Below are positions 9,774 to 19,037 of a DNA stretch of 64,000 nucleotides, piece after piece. The stretch comes from an uncultured Aliarcobacter sp. (GTDB lineage Bacteria; Campylobacterota; Campylobacteria; Campylobacterales; Arcobacteraceae): the NCBI GenBank assembly GCA_963664305.2, contig CAXXLV010000002.1:544001-608000 (forward strand). Direction: 5' to 3'. The position numbers and the translations under genes were made by a program. Below the pieces are notes generated by a model, which searched no databases, had not been told where the DNA came from, and saw only the letters and a program-made list of their open reading frames with translations. Numbering within the stretch: position 1 is the stretch's first letter; the number at the start of each line of letters is the position of its first letter.

Positions 9774-10702
9774 TATTTCTCGTCTCTTTTTCTATCTAGC
9801 CAAACCATTACACCTTTTTGTGCATGTAATCTATTTTCAGCTTCTTCAAAAATAAGACTTTGAGAACTTTCCATTACTTCATCACTAACTTCATAACCTC
9901 TATATGCAGGTAAACAATGTAAGAAAATAGCTTTATCTTGTGCTAATTTCATCATATTTGAATCTACCATATATCCAGCAAAATCTTTTACTCTTTTCTC
10001 TTTTTCAGCTTCTTGTCCCATAGAAACCCAAGTATCAGTTGTAACTACAGTTGAGCCTTTTATTGCTTCTTTTGGATCATTTGTGATAGTGATTTTTGCA
10101 CCACTTAATTTTGCCATTTCTAAAGATTTTGCCAAAATAGTTGCATCTACTTCATAACCTTTAGGAGTTGCAATTCTAAGTTCAAAACCTAATTTAGCTG
10201 ATAAGTTAAGCCATGAATGAGCCATATTATTACCATCACCAACATAAGCCACAACTAAATCTTTATCTAATCCAGCTTCTTGGATAGTCATATAATCAGC
10301 CATAAGTTGAACAGGGTGGTACTCATTTGTTAAACCATTTATTACAGGAACTTTTGAATATTTTGCAAATTCTTCGATTTTAGATTGTTCAAAAGTTCTA
10401 ATCATCACCATATCTACCATTCTAGAAATTACTCTAGATGTATCACTCATAGGTTCACCTCTACCTAATTGGATGTCATTTGATGAAAGAAATAAACCAA
10501 TACCACCTAACTGATAAATACCTGTTTCAAAAGATACTCTTGTTCTTGTAGAGCTTTTTTCAAAAATCATACCTAATGTTTTTTTAGGCATGTAATCTTT
10601 AAATTCTCTTCTTTTAGTCTCTTCTTTGATTTGTTTAGCTAAAGCAAGTATTTCTAAAATCTCTTCTTTAGTATAATCAGCCAATGTTAAGAAATGTCTC
10701 AT
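9773..10702 (-). CDS. argF: Ornithine carbamoyltransferase
   Basis: SSTRTR, HPVQ, DTWVSMG, FLHCLP, AENRLH; start set at MRHFLTL. Confidence 0.97.
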   Translation of the reverse strand: MRHFLTLADYTKEEILEILALAKQIKEETKRREFKDYMPKKTLGMIFEKSSTRTRVSFETGIYQLGGIGLFLSSNDIQLGRGEPMSDTSRVISRMVDMVMIRTFEQSKIEEFAKYSKVPVINGLTNEYHPVQLMADYMTIQEAGLDKDLVVAYVGDGNNMAHSWLNLSAKLGFELRIATPKGYEVDATILAKSLEMAKLSGAKITITNDPKEAIKGSTVVTTDTWVSMGQEAEKEKRVKDFAGYMVDSNMMKLAQDKAIFLHCLPAYRGYEVSDEVMESSQSLIFEEAENRLHAQKGVMVWLDRKRDEK

Positions 10703-10832
10703 TTTATTTCCTCTGTAATTAATAAAAACAAACATTCTATTTAATTTAACTTTAGAATATCTTAAAATTTTGAAAAATTAAGGATAAAAAATATTCAAAT
10801 TAAAATTTATTATTAAAAAAACTCCCATAAAA

Positions 10833-10848
10833 TGACACTTTTGTGACA
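10833..10848 (+). promoter_or_regulatory. Tandem TGACA direct repeat (11-bp period), candidate response-regulator site in the argF/nrdD divergent region
   Basis: tgaca-cttttg-tgaca about 70 bp upstream of the nrdD ATG. Confidence 0.35.
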
Positions 10849-10913
10849 AAAATGCTTATATCTTATTAAGAACAACTCATCTAGAATTACAAATCTATTG
10901 AAAGGAAAAAATA

Positions 10914-13028
10914 ATGATAGTTGATATATTAAAAAGAGATGGAACTAAACAAAAATTTGAATCTTATAAAATAGAAGATGCCATAAAAAAGGCTTTTAAA
11001 AGTGTAAATAACAAATATGATATTTCGGTATTTTTTAATGTTCTATTTGAATTAAAGTGTAAAAGAGTAGTTGCTGTTGAAGATATTCAAGATATTATTG
11101 AAAAAGAGCTTTATAAAGCAAGATATTTTGATGTTATGAAATCATTTATTTTATATAGACATCTTCATAAAATTCAAAGGGAGCAGATTTTACAAATAAA
11201 TGATGATACAACATATATAAACTCAACACAAACAATAGAAGAGTATATATCTGGAAGTGATTGGAGAATAAAAGCAAATTCAAATACAGGATATTCTCAT
11301 GCTGGACTTATAAATAATAGTGCTGGAAAAATTATTGCAAACTATTGGCTTGATAAAATTTATACAAAAGAACAAGGATATGCACATAGAAATGGAGATT
11401 ATCATATACATGATTTGGATTGTTTGAGTGGTTATTGTGCAGGTTGGAGTTTAAGAATTTTACTTGATGAGGGATTTAATAAGGTACGAGGAAGAGTTGA
11501 AAGTGATGCACCAAATCATTTTAGAGAAGCTTTGGGGCAAATGGCAAATTTTTTAGGAATACTTCAAAGTGAATGGGCAGGAGCTCAAGCTTTTAGTTCT
11601 TTTGATACATATCTTGCTCCTTATGTTTTCAAAGATAAACTTGAATATAAAGAGATAAAAAAAGCAATTAGAAGTTTTATTTATAATCTTAATGTTCCTG
11701 CACGTTGGGGACAAAGTCCTTTTACAAATATCACTATTGATTGGACTGTTCCAAGTGATTTGAAAGAGCAAATTCCAACAAAAAATCAAAAACATCTATT
11801 TAAAAATTTTTATGATGAAGAACTATTTTTAGAGATTCAAAAAAAAGGTTTAACTTCGTTTGAACAATTAACTTATAAAGATTTTCAAAAAGAGATGAAC
11901 TTAATAAATAAAGCCTATTATGAAGTAATGACTCAAGGTGATAAAACAGGACAGCCTTTTACTTTTCCAATTCCCACTGTAAATATAACTGAAGATTTTG
12001 ATTGGTATGGCGAAAATACAGATTTACTTTTTGAAAATACCGCAAAAATAGGAAGTTCTTATTTTCAAAATTTTATAGGAAGTCAATATAAAAAAGATGA
12101 AAAGGGAAATTTGATACAAAACGAACAAGCCTATAAACCAGGGCATGTAAGAAGTATGTGTTGTAGATTACAACTTGATTTAAGGGAACTTCTAAAACGA
12201 GGTGGAGGTTTGTTTGGAAGTGCTGAAATGACAGGTAGTATTGGAGTTGTAACAATAAATATGGCAAGACTTGGATACTTATATAAAAATGATATAAATG
12301 GTTTATTAAACAGATTAGAAGAGTTGATGGATTTAGCAAAAGAGAGTCTAGAAATAAAACGTAAATTTATAAATAGTATGTATGAAAAAGGACTTTATCC
12401 TTATACAAAAAGATATTTAAAGAGTTTTAATAACCATTTTTCGACTATTGGAGTAAATGGGATGAATGAGATGTTGAAAAACTATTTTGGAGAAAATATT
12501 GATATTTCAACAAAAATAGGAAATCAATTTTGTATCGAAATATTAGATTTTATGAGAGATAAAATGGTCAAATTTCAAGAAGAAACTGGAAATTTATATA
12601 ATCTTGAAGCAACACCAGCAGAAGGAACAACTTATAGATTTGCAAAAGAGGATAAAAAAAGATACAAAGATATTATTCAAGCTGGATTTGATAAAAATAT
12701 TTATTACACTAACTCTTCTCAACTTCCAGTTGATTTTACAGAAGACCCATTTGAAGCCTTGGAATTACAAGATGAATTACAATGCAAATATACAGGTGGA
12801 ACAGTGCTTCATCTTTATATGAGAGAAAAAATTTCATCAGTTGAAGCTTGTAGAAAGTTTGTAAAAAATGTAATTTCAAATTTTAGATTGCCTTATATAA
12901 CAGTAACTCCTGTATTTTCTATTTGTGAAATTCATGGATATATAGAAGGTGAGCACGAGTTTTGTCCAAAATGTGATGAAGAGATTTTAAAAAAGGAGTT
13001 AAAAGATGACAAATCAAGAATTGCTTGA
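10914..13028 (+). CDS. nrdD: Class III (anaerobic) ribonucleoside-triphosphate reductase, large part lacking the glycyl-radical motif
   Basis: N-terminal ATP cone (KRDG), HIHDL, YCAGW, FTFPIPT, SMCCRL finger loop, EATPAEG, YTGGT, C-terminal CEIHG...CPKC. Confidence 0.95.
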   Translation: MIVDILKRDGTKQKFESYKIEDAIKKAFKSVNNKYDISVFFNVLFELKCKRVVAVEDIQDIIEKELYKARYFDVMKSFILYRHLHKIQREQILQINDDTTYINSTQTIEEYISGSDWRIKANSNTGYSHAGLINNSAGKIIANYWLDKIYTKEQGYAHRNGDYHIHDLDCLSGYCAGWSLRILLDEGFNKVRGRVESDAPNHFREALGQMANFLGILQSEWAGAQAFSSFDTYLAPYVFKDKLEYKEIKKAIRSFIYNLNVPARWGQSPFTNITIDWTVPSDLKEQIPTKNQKHLFKNFYDEELFLEIQKKGLTSFEQLTYKDFQKEMNLINKAYYEVMTQGDKTGQPFTFPIPTVNITEDFDWYGENTDLLFENTAKIGSSYFQNFIGSQYKKDEKGNLIQNEQAYKPGHVRSMCCRLQLDLRELLKRGGGLFGSAEMTGSIGVVTINMARLGYLYKNDINGLLNRLEELMDLAKESLEIKRKFINSMYEKGLYPYTKRYLKSFNNHFSTIGVNGMNEMLKNYFGENIDISTKIGNQFCIEILDFMRDKMVKFQEETGNLYNLEATPAEGTTYRFAKEDKKRYKDIIQAGFDKNIYYTNSSQLPVDFTEDPFEALELQDELQCKYTGGTVLHLYMREKISSVEACRKFVKNVISNFRLPYITVTPVFSICEIHGYIEGEHEFCPKCDEEILKKELKDDKSRIA

Positions 13029-13170
13029 GAAAAATATGGAAAAAAGAACTAAATGTATAATATATACTAGAGTTATGGGTTATCATAGACCAATTGAAAG
13101 CTTTAATATAGGAAAAAAAGGTGAACACAAACAAAGAGTTAAATTTACTGAATCAAAAACTAATTTATGA
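13006..13170 (+). CDS. Stand-alone NrdD glycyl-radical subunit (54 aa, not in the ORF track)
   Basis: Hand translation MTNQELLEKNMEKRTKCIIYTRVMGYHRPIESFNIGKKGEHKQRVKFTESKTNL; AAGGAG at 12993-12998; RVMGY glycyl-radical motif. Confidence 0.9.
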   Translation: MTNQELLEKNMEKRTKCIIYTRVMGYHRPIESFNIGKKGEHKQRVKFTESKTNL

Positions 13171-13825
13171 TTTTACAAAATTTACAACAACAGATTATGT
13201 AGGGCAAATGTCATGCATAATTTGGTTTATAAAGTGTAATTTTAGATGTTTGTATTGTTATAATAATACTTTGGTTTATACAAAAAAAGGAAATTATAGT
13301 TTTTTTGAGATTTTAGAGTTTTTAAAATCAAGGGTTGGTTTACTAGATGCTGTTGTTTTAAGTGGTGGTGAATCAAGTTTACATGAGTTGGAAATTTTTT
13401 GTAAAAAAATAAAAAAGTTAGGTTTTAAAATAAAACTTGATACAAATGGAACAAATCTAAATTTAGTAAAGAATTTAACAAAAAAAGGTCTAGTTGATTT
13501 TATCGCTATTGATTTTAAAGCTCCAAAATATAAATTTTCTCAAATTACAGCTACAAATTTTTATGAAAAAGTGATAGATACCATAAAATATCTAATAAAA
13601 ATTGGCTTTGATTTTGAACTAAGAACTACAATAAATACAAGGCTTTTAGATGAGAAAGATATAAATTCTATGATTGAAACTATTAGTTGTTTAAATTATA
13701 AAGGTGTTTATTATTTACAAAACTTTATAGAAACCTCATCAAATATAGGAAATATCAAAAAAAGTAGGGCTATAGATAAAAGTTTAATTGATAGCAAAAA
13801 TTTAACTATTCAATACAGAAATTAA
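13121..13825 (+). CDS. nrdG: Anaerobic ribonucleotide reductase activating enzyme (radical SAM)
   Basis: CNFRCLYC, VVLSGGE, KLDTNG, ELRTT; follows nrdD; exact start uncertain. Confidence 0.92.
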   Translation: MNTNKELNLLNQKLIYDFTKFTTTDYVGQMSCIIWFIKCNFRCLYCYNNTLVYTKKGNYSFFEILEFLKSRVGLLDAVVLSGGESSLHELEIFCKKIKKLGFKIKLDTNGTNLNLVKNLTKKGLVDFIAIDFKAPKYKFSQITATNFYEKVIDTIKYLIKIGFDFELRTTINTRLLDEKDINSMIETISCLNYKGVYYLQNFIETSSNIGNIKKSRAIDKSLIDSKNLTIQYRN

Positions 13826-14479
13826 ATAACCTTGTCCTGAAATATTTTCTATCAAATCTTTAGAAGTTTTTATACGTAATCGTTTTATAAAGGTTCTTAA
13901 TCTTTCATCATTTACCTCTTCATTCCAAAGAGAAGTTTTTATAGTTTGAGTTTTTACTATTGAGTTTTTGTTTTTTAAGAGTAAATATATAAACTCTTTT
14001 TCTCTCTTTGTTAGATTTATTAATAGTTCATTTTTATGTAAAGAGAAGGTATTGTTATCAAAAATAAAATCATCTTTTAGTATGGAAATCTTTTGTTTTT
14101 CTATTTTTATTGAGAGCTTTTTTATATGTTCTATTACTTCATCTGGGTCAAAAGGTTTGATAAAATATTTATTTATTCCAACATCTATAGCTTTTAAAAG
14201 TTTTTCTTTATCAGAGTGTGCACTTAGTACAATTATAGGAATATTAGAATCAATCTCTTTGATTTTTATAGTCATATCTAAACCATCAAGTTTTGGCATC
14301 ATTATATCAGTGATTATAATATCAGGTTTAAAAGTTTTATATTTTTTAAGACCTTCAGTTCCATCTTTTGCAATAATTACTTTATAAAATGAATCATTTA
14401 TAGCCTCTTTTAAAAGTTGAGCTAATCTTTTTTCATCTTCAACTATTAAGATTTTTAGAGTTTTTAATATATCTTGCAT
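13802..14479 (-). CDS. OmpR-family response regulator
   Basis: IVEDE, TDIMMPKLDG, KPFD receiver; winged helix (LTKRE...RLRIK...GQGY). Confidence 0.93.
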   Translation of the reverse strand: MQDILKTLKILIVEDEKRLAQLLKEAINDSFYKVIIAKDGTEGLKKYKTFKPDIIITDIMMPKLDGLDMTIKIKEIDSNIPIIVLSAHSDKEKLLKAIDVGINKYFIKPFDPDEVIEHIKKLSIKIEKQKISILKDDFIFDNNTFSLHKNELLINLTKREKEFIYLLLKNKNSIVKTQTIKTSLWNEEVNDERLRTFIKRLRIKTSKDLIENISGQGYLISVLNS

Positions 14480-14481
14480 TT

Positions 14482-15696
14482 TTACTCTTTTTCATTTAAA
14501 ATTGTGATTGTAAAGATTGAGCCATTTTCACTATTTTTATGGCTTAAAGTACCTTCTAAACTCTTTTCTACAATCATTTTTGACATAAATAATCCAAGTC
14601 CAGTGCCTTGTGATTTATGTTTTGTTGTAAAGTATGGCTCAAAGATAGAATCTATATTTTCTTCTTTAATTCCACCTGCATTATCTTCAATCTCAAGTAA
14701 AAAATATTTTTTGTCTAAATCTTCTTTTAGAGTTATTAAAATATTTTTATCTTCTACATCATTTGTTATAAAAGCATCTTTTGCATTTTGAATTAGGTTT
14801 ATAATAACTTGTGATAGTTCATTTGAAACACCTAAAACTTTGTAGTTTGTAGGAACATTAACCTTGATTTTTATATTTTCTTGTTGAATTAGTTTTTTTA
14901 AAATAGTTAAAGCTTCATTGATACTATCTTTTATCTCAAAACTTTTTTTCTCTTTTTTAGGATTGAAAAAGTTCATAAAATCTTCAATAGTTGTTGACAT
15001 ACTTGAAATTAGATTTTTACTCTCTTTATATAACTCTTCAACTTTTTTTTCATCTTTTTTTAAAGAGGCTTTTTTCATATTAAACAAAGTAAGATTTAAC
15101 TCAGTTAGAGGTTGTCTCCATTGATGGGCAATATTTCCTATCATTTGTCCTAAACTTGCCATTCTTGATTGCCAAAAAAGAAGTTTTTGTTTTTCATCAT
15201 TTTTAGCTATCTCTTCTTGAACTCTTTTTTTTAAAGTTTTATTTAGTTCTTTTAGTTGTTTAGTTTGTTCTTTTACTTTTAATTCTAGATTTTGATTTAA
15301 CTCTTCAAGCTCTTTTTCTTTTTGCTCTAAACTTTTTTTGAGCTCAACCTCAAAAGTTACATCATATCTTATAGCAATAAATTCAATAATATTTTCAAAT
15401 TCATCTAAAATAGGCGTTATAGTAGTATTTAAGTAGACAGTTTTTCCATCTTTCGTAAGATTTTTTACAGTTGCTTTATATGGTTTTTTATCTAAAATAG
15501 TTTTCCATAAAAGTTCAAAACTTGAAGCTTGTACCTCTGGATGTCTTACGATGTTATGGTTTTGACCTATTAATTCATCATAAGAGTATCCAGAGATTTT
15601 GCAAAACTCATCATTTACAAAAGTGATAATTCCACTTATATCAGTTTTTGATACAATATTTGAATTTTCAATTGCTTCTTGATAAGTTGTGCTCAT
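14482..15696 (-). CDS. Cytoplasmic PAS-domain sensor histidine kinase
   Basis: PAS (SKTD..GIITFVN..F..ISGY..ELIGQNHNIVRHP), H box AHQWRQPL, NAKDA, DNAGG, FTTK, GTGLGL. Confidence 0.93.
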   Translation of the reverse strand: MSTTYQEAIENSNIVSKTDISGIITFVNDEFCKISGYSYDELIGQNHNIVRHPEVQASSFELLWKTILDKKPYKATVKNLTKDGKTVYLNTTITPILDEFENIIEFIAIRYDVTFEVELKKSLEQKEKELEELNQNLELKVKEQTKQLKELNKTLKKRVQEEIAKNDEKQKLLFWQSRMASLGQMIGNIAHQWRQPLTELNLTLFNMKKASLKKDEKKVEELYKESKNLISSMSTTIEDFMNFFNPKKEKKSFEIKDSINEALTILKKLIQQENIKIKVNVPTNYKVLGVSNELSQVIINLIQNAKDAFITNDVEDKNILITLKEDLDKKYFLLEIEDNAGGIKEENIDSIFEPYFTTKHKSQGTGLGLFMSKMIVEKSLEGTLSHKNSENGSIFTITILNEKE

Positions 15697-15698
15697 TT

Positions 15699-16673
15699 TT
15701 AGTTGTTTCTTAAAATTTCGCAAACCTCTTTTGCATGGTAAGAGATGATGATATTTGCACCAGCTCTTTTAAATGCAATCATAGTTTCCATCATAACTCT
15801 TTCATAATCAATTAATCCAGCAATTCCAGCATGTTTAAGCATAGCGTACTCTCCACTTACATTATAAACACATAAAGGAAGATTTGTTTGGTTTCTAATA
15901 TCTCTAACAATATCTAAAAATGCAAGTGCTGGTTTTACCATCAAAATATCTGCACCTTCTTTTTCATCTTCAAGTGATTCTTCAATTGCTTCAAGTCTAT
16001 TTGCTGGATTCATTTGATATGTTCTTCTATCACCAAAACTTGGAGTTGATTCAGCAACATCTCTAAATGGTCCATAATATCCACTTGCAAATTTTGTTGA
16101 ATATGCCATGATTGGAAGATTTTTAAATCCATTTTCATCAAGTGCATTTCTTAAAGTAGTAATAATCCCATCCATCATTCCTGAAGGTGCTATCATATCA
16201 GCTCCAGCACGAGCATGAACCACTGCTTGTTGAGCAGAGATTTCTAATGTTTTATCATTATCAACACTTCCAGTTTTTGGGTCTAAAATACCACAATGTC
16301 CATGGTCTGTATATTCACAAAAACATAAATCAGTTACGATAAACATTTGAGGGAATTTTGCTTTGATTGCTTTAATAGTTCTTGCAATTATGCTTTCACC
16401 ACATAAACATTCACTTCCAACTGAATCTTTAGTATCTGGAATTCCAAATAAAATAATTGATTTTAAATTTATACTTACTAAATACTCACACTCTTTTAAA
16501 ATTTCATCAATACTCATTTGATAAACACCAGGCATTGATGCAACTTCAGTTTTTATATTTTGACCTTCTCTTACAAATAATGGATAGATGAAATCATCAG
16601 GTGTTAAAACTGTTTCTTGTACTAAGTTTCTTAGTGTTTCATTAATTCTTAATCTTCTAAATCGTTTAAACAT
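15699..16673 (-). CDS. hemB: Porphobilinogen synthase
   Basis: [32 protein letters not shown]. Confidence 0.97.
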   Translation of the reverse strand: MFKRFRRLRINETLRNLVQETVLTPDDFIYPLFVREGQNIKTEVASMPGVYQMSIDEILKECEYLVSINLKSIILFGIPDTKDSVGSECLCGESIIARTIKAIKAKFPQMFIVTDLCFCEYTDHGHCGILDPKTGSVDNDKTLEISAQQAVVHARAGADMIAPSGMMDGIITTLRNALDENGFKNLPIMAYSTKFASGYYGPFRDVAESTPSFGDRRTYQMNPANRLEAIEESLEDEKEGADILMVKPALAFLDIVRDIRNQTNLPLCVYNVSGEYAMLKHAGIAGLIDYERVMMETMIAFKRAGANIIISYHAKEVCEILRNN

Positions 16674-16732
16674 TCTATTTACCTCTTTTGGTTATAATCC
16701 TCGGATTTTAACAGTTTAAGGTTTAAATACAA

Positions 16733-17308
16733 ATGAATATTGAAAAGTCAAATATCGCTAAATTACCAACAAAACATGGAAATTTTAAAATAAAAGCATA
16801 TAAAGATGATATTCAAGAACATTTAGCGATTATGAGTGAAGATTTTGAAAAAATTGAAATTCCATATGTGAGAATTCACTCAGAATGTTTAACGGGAGAT
16901 GCTCTTGGAAGCCTAAAATGCGACTGTCAAGCACAGTTGAATTTAGCATTAGATTTTATAGCTAAAAATGGTGGTTTAGTGATTTATCACAAACAAGAAG
17001 GTCGAAATATTGGTCTATTTAACAAAGTAAATGCTTATTCTCTGCAAGACCAAGGAAGAAATACAATAGAAGCTAATTTGGAATTAGGTTTTAAAGAAGA
17101 TGAAAGAGATTATTCTATTATTGGATATATTTTAGAAGATTTAGGTGTTAAAAAATTAAAATTGATTACAAATAATCCTAAAAAAATAAATTATATTGAA
17201 AGCTTAGGAATAGAAATAGTTGAAAGAATTCCTGCAATAATCGAAGCAAATAAATACAATGAAGAGTATTTAGCTACAAAAAAAGAGAAAATGGGGCATT
17301 TACTTTAA
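16733..17308 (+). CDS. ribA: GTP cyclohydrolase II
   Basis: RIHSECLTGD..SLKCDC, QEGR.IGL, TNNPKK. Confidence 0.97.
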   Translation: MNIEKSNIAKLPTKHGNFKIKAYKDDIQEHLAIMSEDFEKIEIPYVRIHSECLTGDALGSLKCDCQAQLNLALDFIAKNGGLVIYHKQEGRNIGLFNKVNAYSLQDQGRNTIEANLELGFKEDERDYSIIGYILEDLGVKKLKLITNNPKKINYIESLGIEIVERIPAIIEANKYNEEYLATKKEKMGHLL

Positions 17309-17886
17309 TGTTAAAAGAATTACTTGAATCAAATAATTTAAAATTTGATGATAAATTTTATAGTGATTGTGAAGTTTTTACAAAACTTTTACAGCAATGG
17401 GGAAGTGTTCATAATCTAAGTGGTAGATTAACAAAAGAGGATATAAATGAAAATATTTTAGATTCTTTATATCCTTTAACTTTTATAGATAAATATGAAA
17501 GTTTTGCAGATATTGGAACAGGTGCAGGTTATCCTGGACTTATACTTGCAATTGCTTTAAGAGATGTAAAATCTTATTTAATCGAGCCAAGAATAAAAAG
17601 AGTTTCTTTTTTAAATTTTGTAAAAGCTAGTTTAAAACTTGATAATTTAACTGTATTATGTAATAGAGTAGAAGAGGTTAAAGATTTAAAAGTTGATTTA
17701 ATAACTTCACGAGCAGTAACAAATACTTCTTTACTTTTGGATATTACGAAAAATATTAAAAAAGAGAATAGTTCATACCTTTTTTATAAAGGTAGTATGC
17801 TAGAAGTTGAGATTGAAATAGCTAAAGTAAATAATTATAAAATAGTAAATAGAAAAGATAGAAACTATTTATATATAAAAGGTTAA
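17308..17886 (+). CDS. rsmG: 16S rRNA m7G527 methyltransferase
   Basis: HNLS, DIGTGAGYPG, TSRAV, YKG. Confidence 0.93.
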   Translation: MLKELLESNNLKFDDKFYSDCEVFTKLLQQWGSVHNLSGRLTKEDINENILDSLYPLTFIDKYESFADIGTGAGYPGLILAIALRDVKSYLIEPRIKRVSFLNFVKASLKLDNLTVLCNRVEEVKDLKVDLITSRAVTNTSLLLDITKNIKKENSSYLFYKGSMLEVEIEIAKVNNYKIVNRKDRNYLYIKG

Positions 17887-17888
17887 TA

Positions 17889-18104
17889 ATGGTTTTAAAA
17901 GTTATATTAGTAATTGCAGTAGCCTTTTTAGTTTATGTTTTTTTATTTAAAAAAACTAGAGAAAATGAAATAAATAAAAAAGACGAAATGATTACAGATG
18001 ATATGGTAGAGTGCCCAACTTGTAAAACATATGTTTCTAAAAAAGAAGCAATTGTAAGTAATGGTAAATTTTATTGCTCAAATGAGTGTTTATTAAATAA
18101 ATAG
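17889..18104 (+). CDS. PP0621-like small membrane-anchored Cys-rich protein
   Basis: N-terminal TM; MVECPTCKTYV...FYCSNEC. Confidence 0.8.
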   Translation: MVLKVILVIAVAFLVYVFLFKKTRENEINKKDEMITDDMVECPTCKTYVSKKEAIVSNGKFYCSNECLLNK

Positions 18105-18113
18105 GTTACTAAA

Positions 18114-18485
18114 ATGATTATAATTGGAGATAATTTAATTCCATTTGAAGAGTTGAATTTAATAAATTCTATAGAAGATATAAAAAATACAAAAGCAAAT
18201 TCAGCTTTGTTATTTTTTTATAATGAAGAGTTATTAAAATATTGTTTTAAAAATGAATTATCAAGTGCAATTGTTGTAAAAAGTATAAAAGAGGCTATTT
18301 ATTGTAATAGTTTAAATGTAAAATATATTATTTGCGATAAAAAACTAGCTAAAAAACTACAAAAAATTGCAGATAACTATATGTATGATTCTAAGATTTT
18401 AGCAATTATTAAATCAAATGATGAGTTAGAGAATATTGCAAAAAATGAAATTGATGGAGTTATATATAAAGATTTGATTTCTTAA
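18114..18485 (+). CDS. Hypothetical protein
   Basis: 123-aa ORF within the operon. Confidence 0.65.
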   Translation: MIIIGDNLIPFEELNLINSIEDIKNTKANSALLFFYNEELLKYCFKNELSSAIVVKSIKEAIYCNSLNVKYIICDKKLAKKLQKIADNYMYDSKILAIIKSNDELENIAKNEIDGVIYKDLIS

Positions 18486-18487
18486 TC

Positions 18488-18829
18488 ATGAAAATATTTA
18501 TATTAATATTTACTTTATATTTTTATTCATTTGCATGTAGTGGAGATTGTATGTCTTGTCATGCAACTTTAAAAAACTCAATCAATGAAGAACACCATAA
18601 AGTTTTAACCTCTTGTATAGCTTGTCATACAAAAACGCCAACTACAATGGTTGAATGTGGTGGAGATTGTTTTGCATGTCATTCTCAAAATAAATTAATA
18701 CAATCAAATAGAATGGAACATCAAAACTTGGCATCGTGTAAAAAATGTCATATAAATAAAGAGGATATTTTTAAAACACCAGGTATGAATGAAGGCTCAA
18801 CACTAGTTGATTTACTAAATAATAAGTAA
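18488..18829 (+). CDS. Small exported multiheme c-type cytochrome (4 CxxCH)
   Basis: Signal-peptide-like N-terminus; CMSCH, CIACH, CFACH, CKKCH. Confidence 0.75.
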   Translation: MKIFILIFTLYFYSFACSGDCMSCHATLKNSINEEHHKVLTSCIACHTKTPTTMVECGGDCFACHSQNKLIQSNRMEHQNLASCKKCHINKEDIFKTPGMNEGSTLVDLLNNK

Positions 18830-18878
18830 TAATTAGTTAGAATATTGGCCTTTTATATAGATATAAATTAGGAAAAAT

Positions 18879-19037
18879 GTGAAAGATATATTAGACACAA
18901 TAATACTTATTATGTTTGTTATTATGGTTGCTTTGTTTATCATAAATTTTAATAGACAACAAATCAAAAAACATACAGATAAACTTGACGAAAATGAAAG
19001 AATTAATAACTCTAAGAAGGAAAACGTAGATGAATAA
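18879..19037 (+). CDS. Small single-TM protein (52 aa, not in the ORF track)
   Basis: GTG after AGGA; MKDILDTIILIMFVIMVALFIINFNRQQIKK...; stop overlaps the glyS start. Confidence 0.6.
   Translation: MKDILDTIILIMFVIMVALFIINFNRQQIKKHTDKLDENERINNSKKENVDE

Noticed and set aside
12985..13010. Programmed frameshift or sequencing error joining nrdD to the glycyl-radical ORF at TTTTAAAAAAGG
   Set aside because: The small ORF is in the +1 frame, not the -1 frame expected for such a slippery site, and it has its own strong RBS and ATG. Separate translation is simpler, though a read check is still advisable.
12919..13134. 71-aa minus-strand ORF at the nrdD end
   Set aside because: Shadow of nrdD and the glycyl-radical ORF
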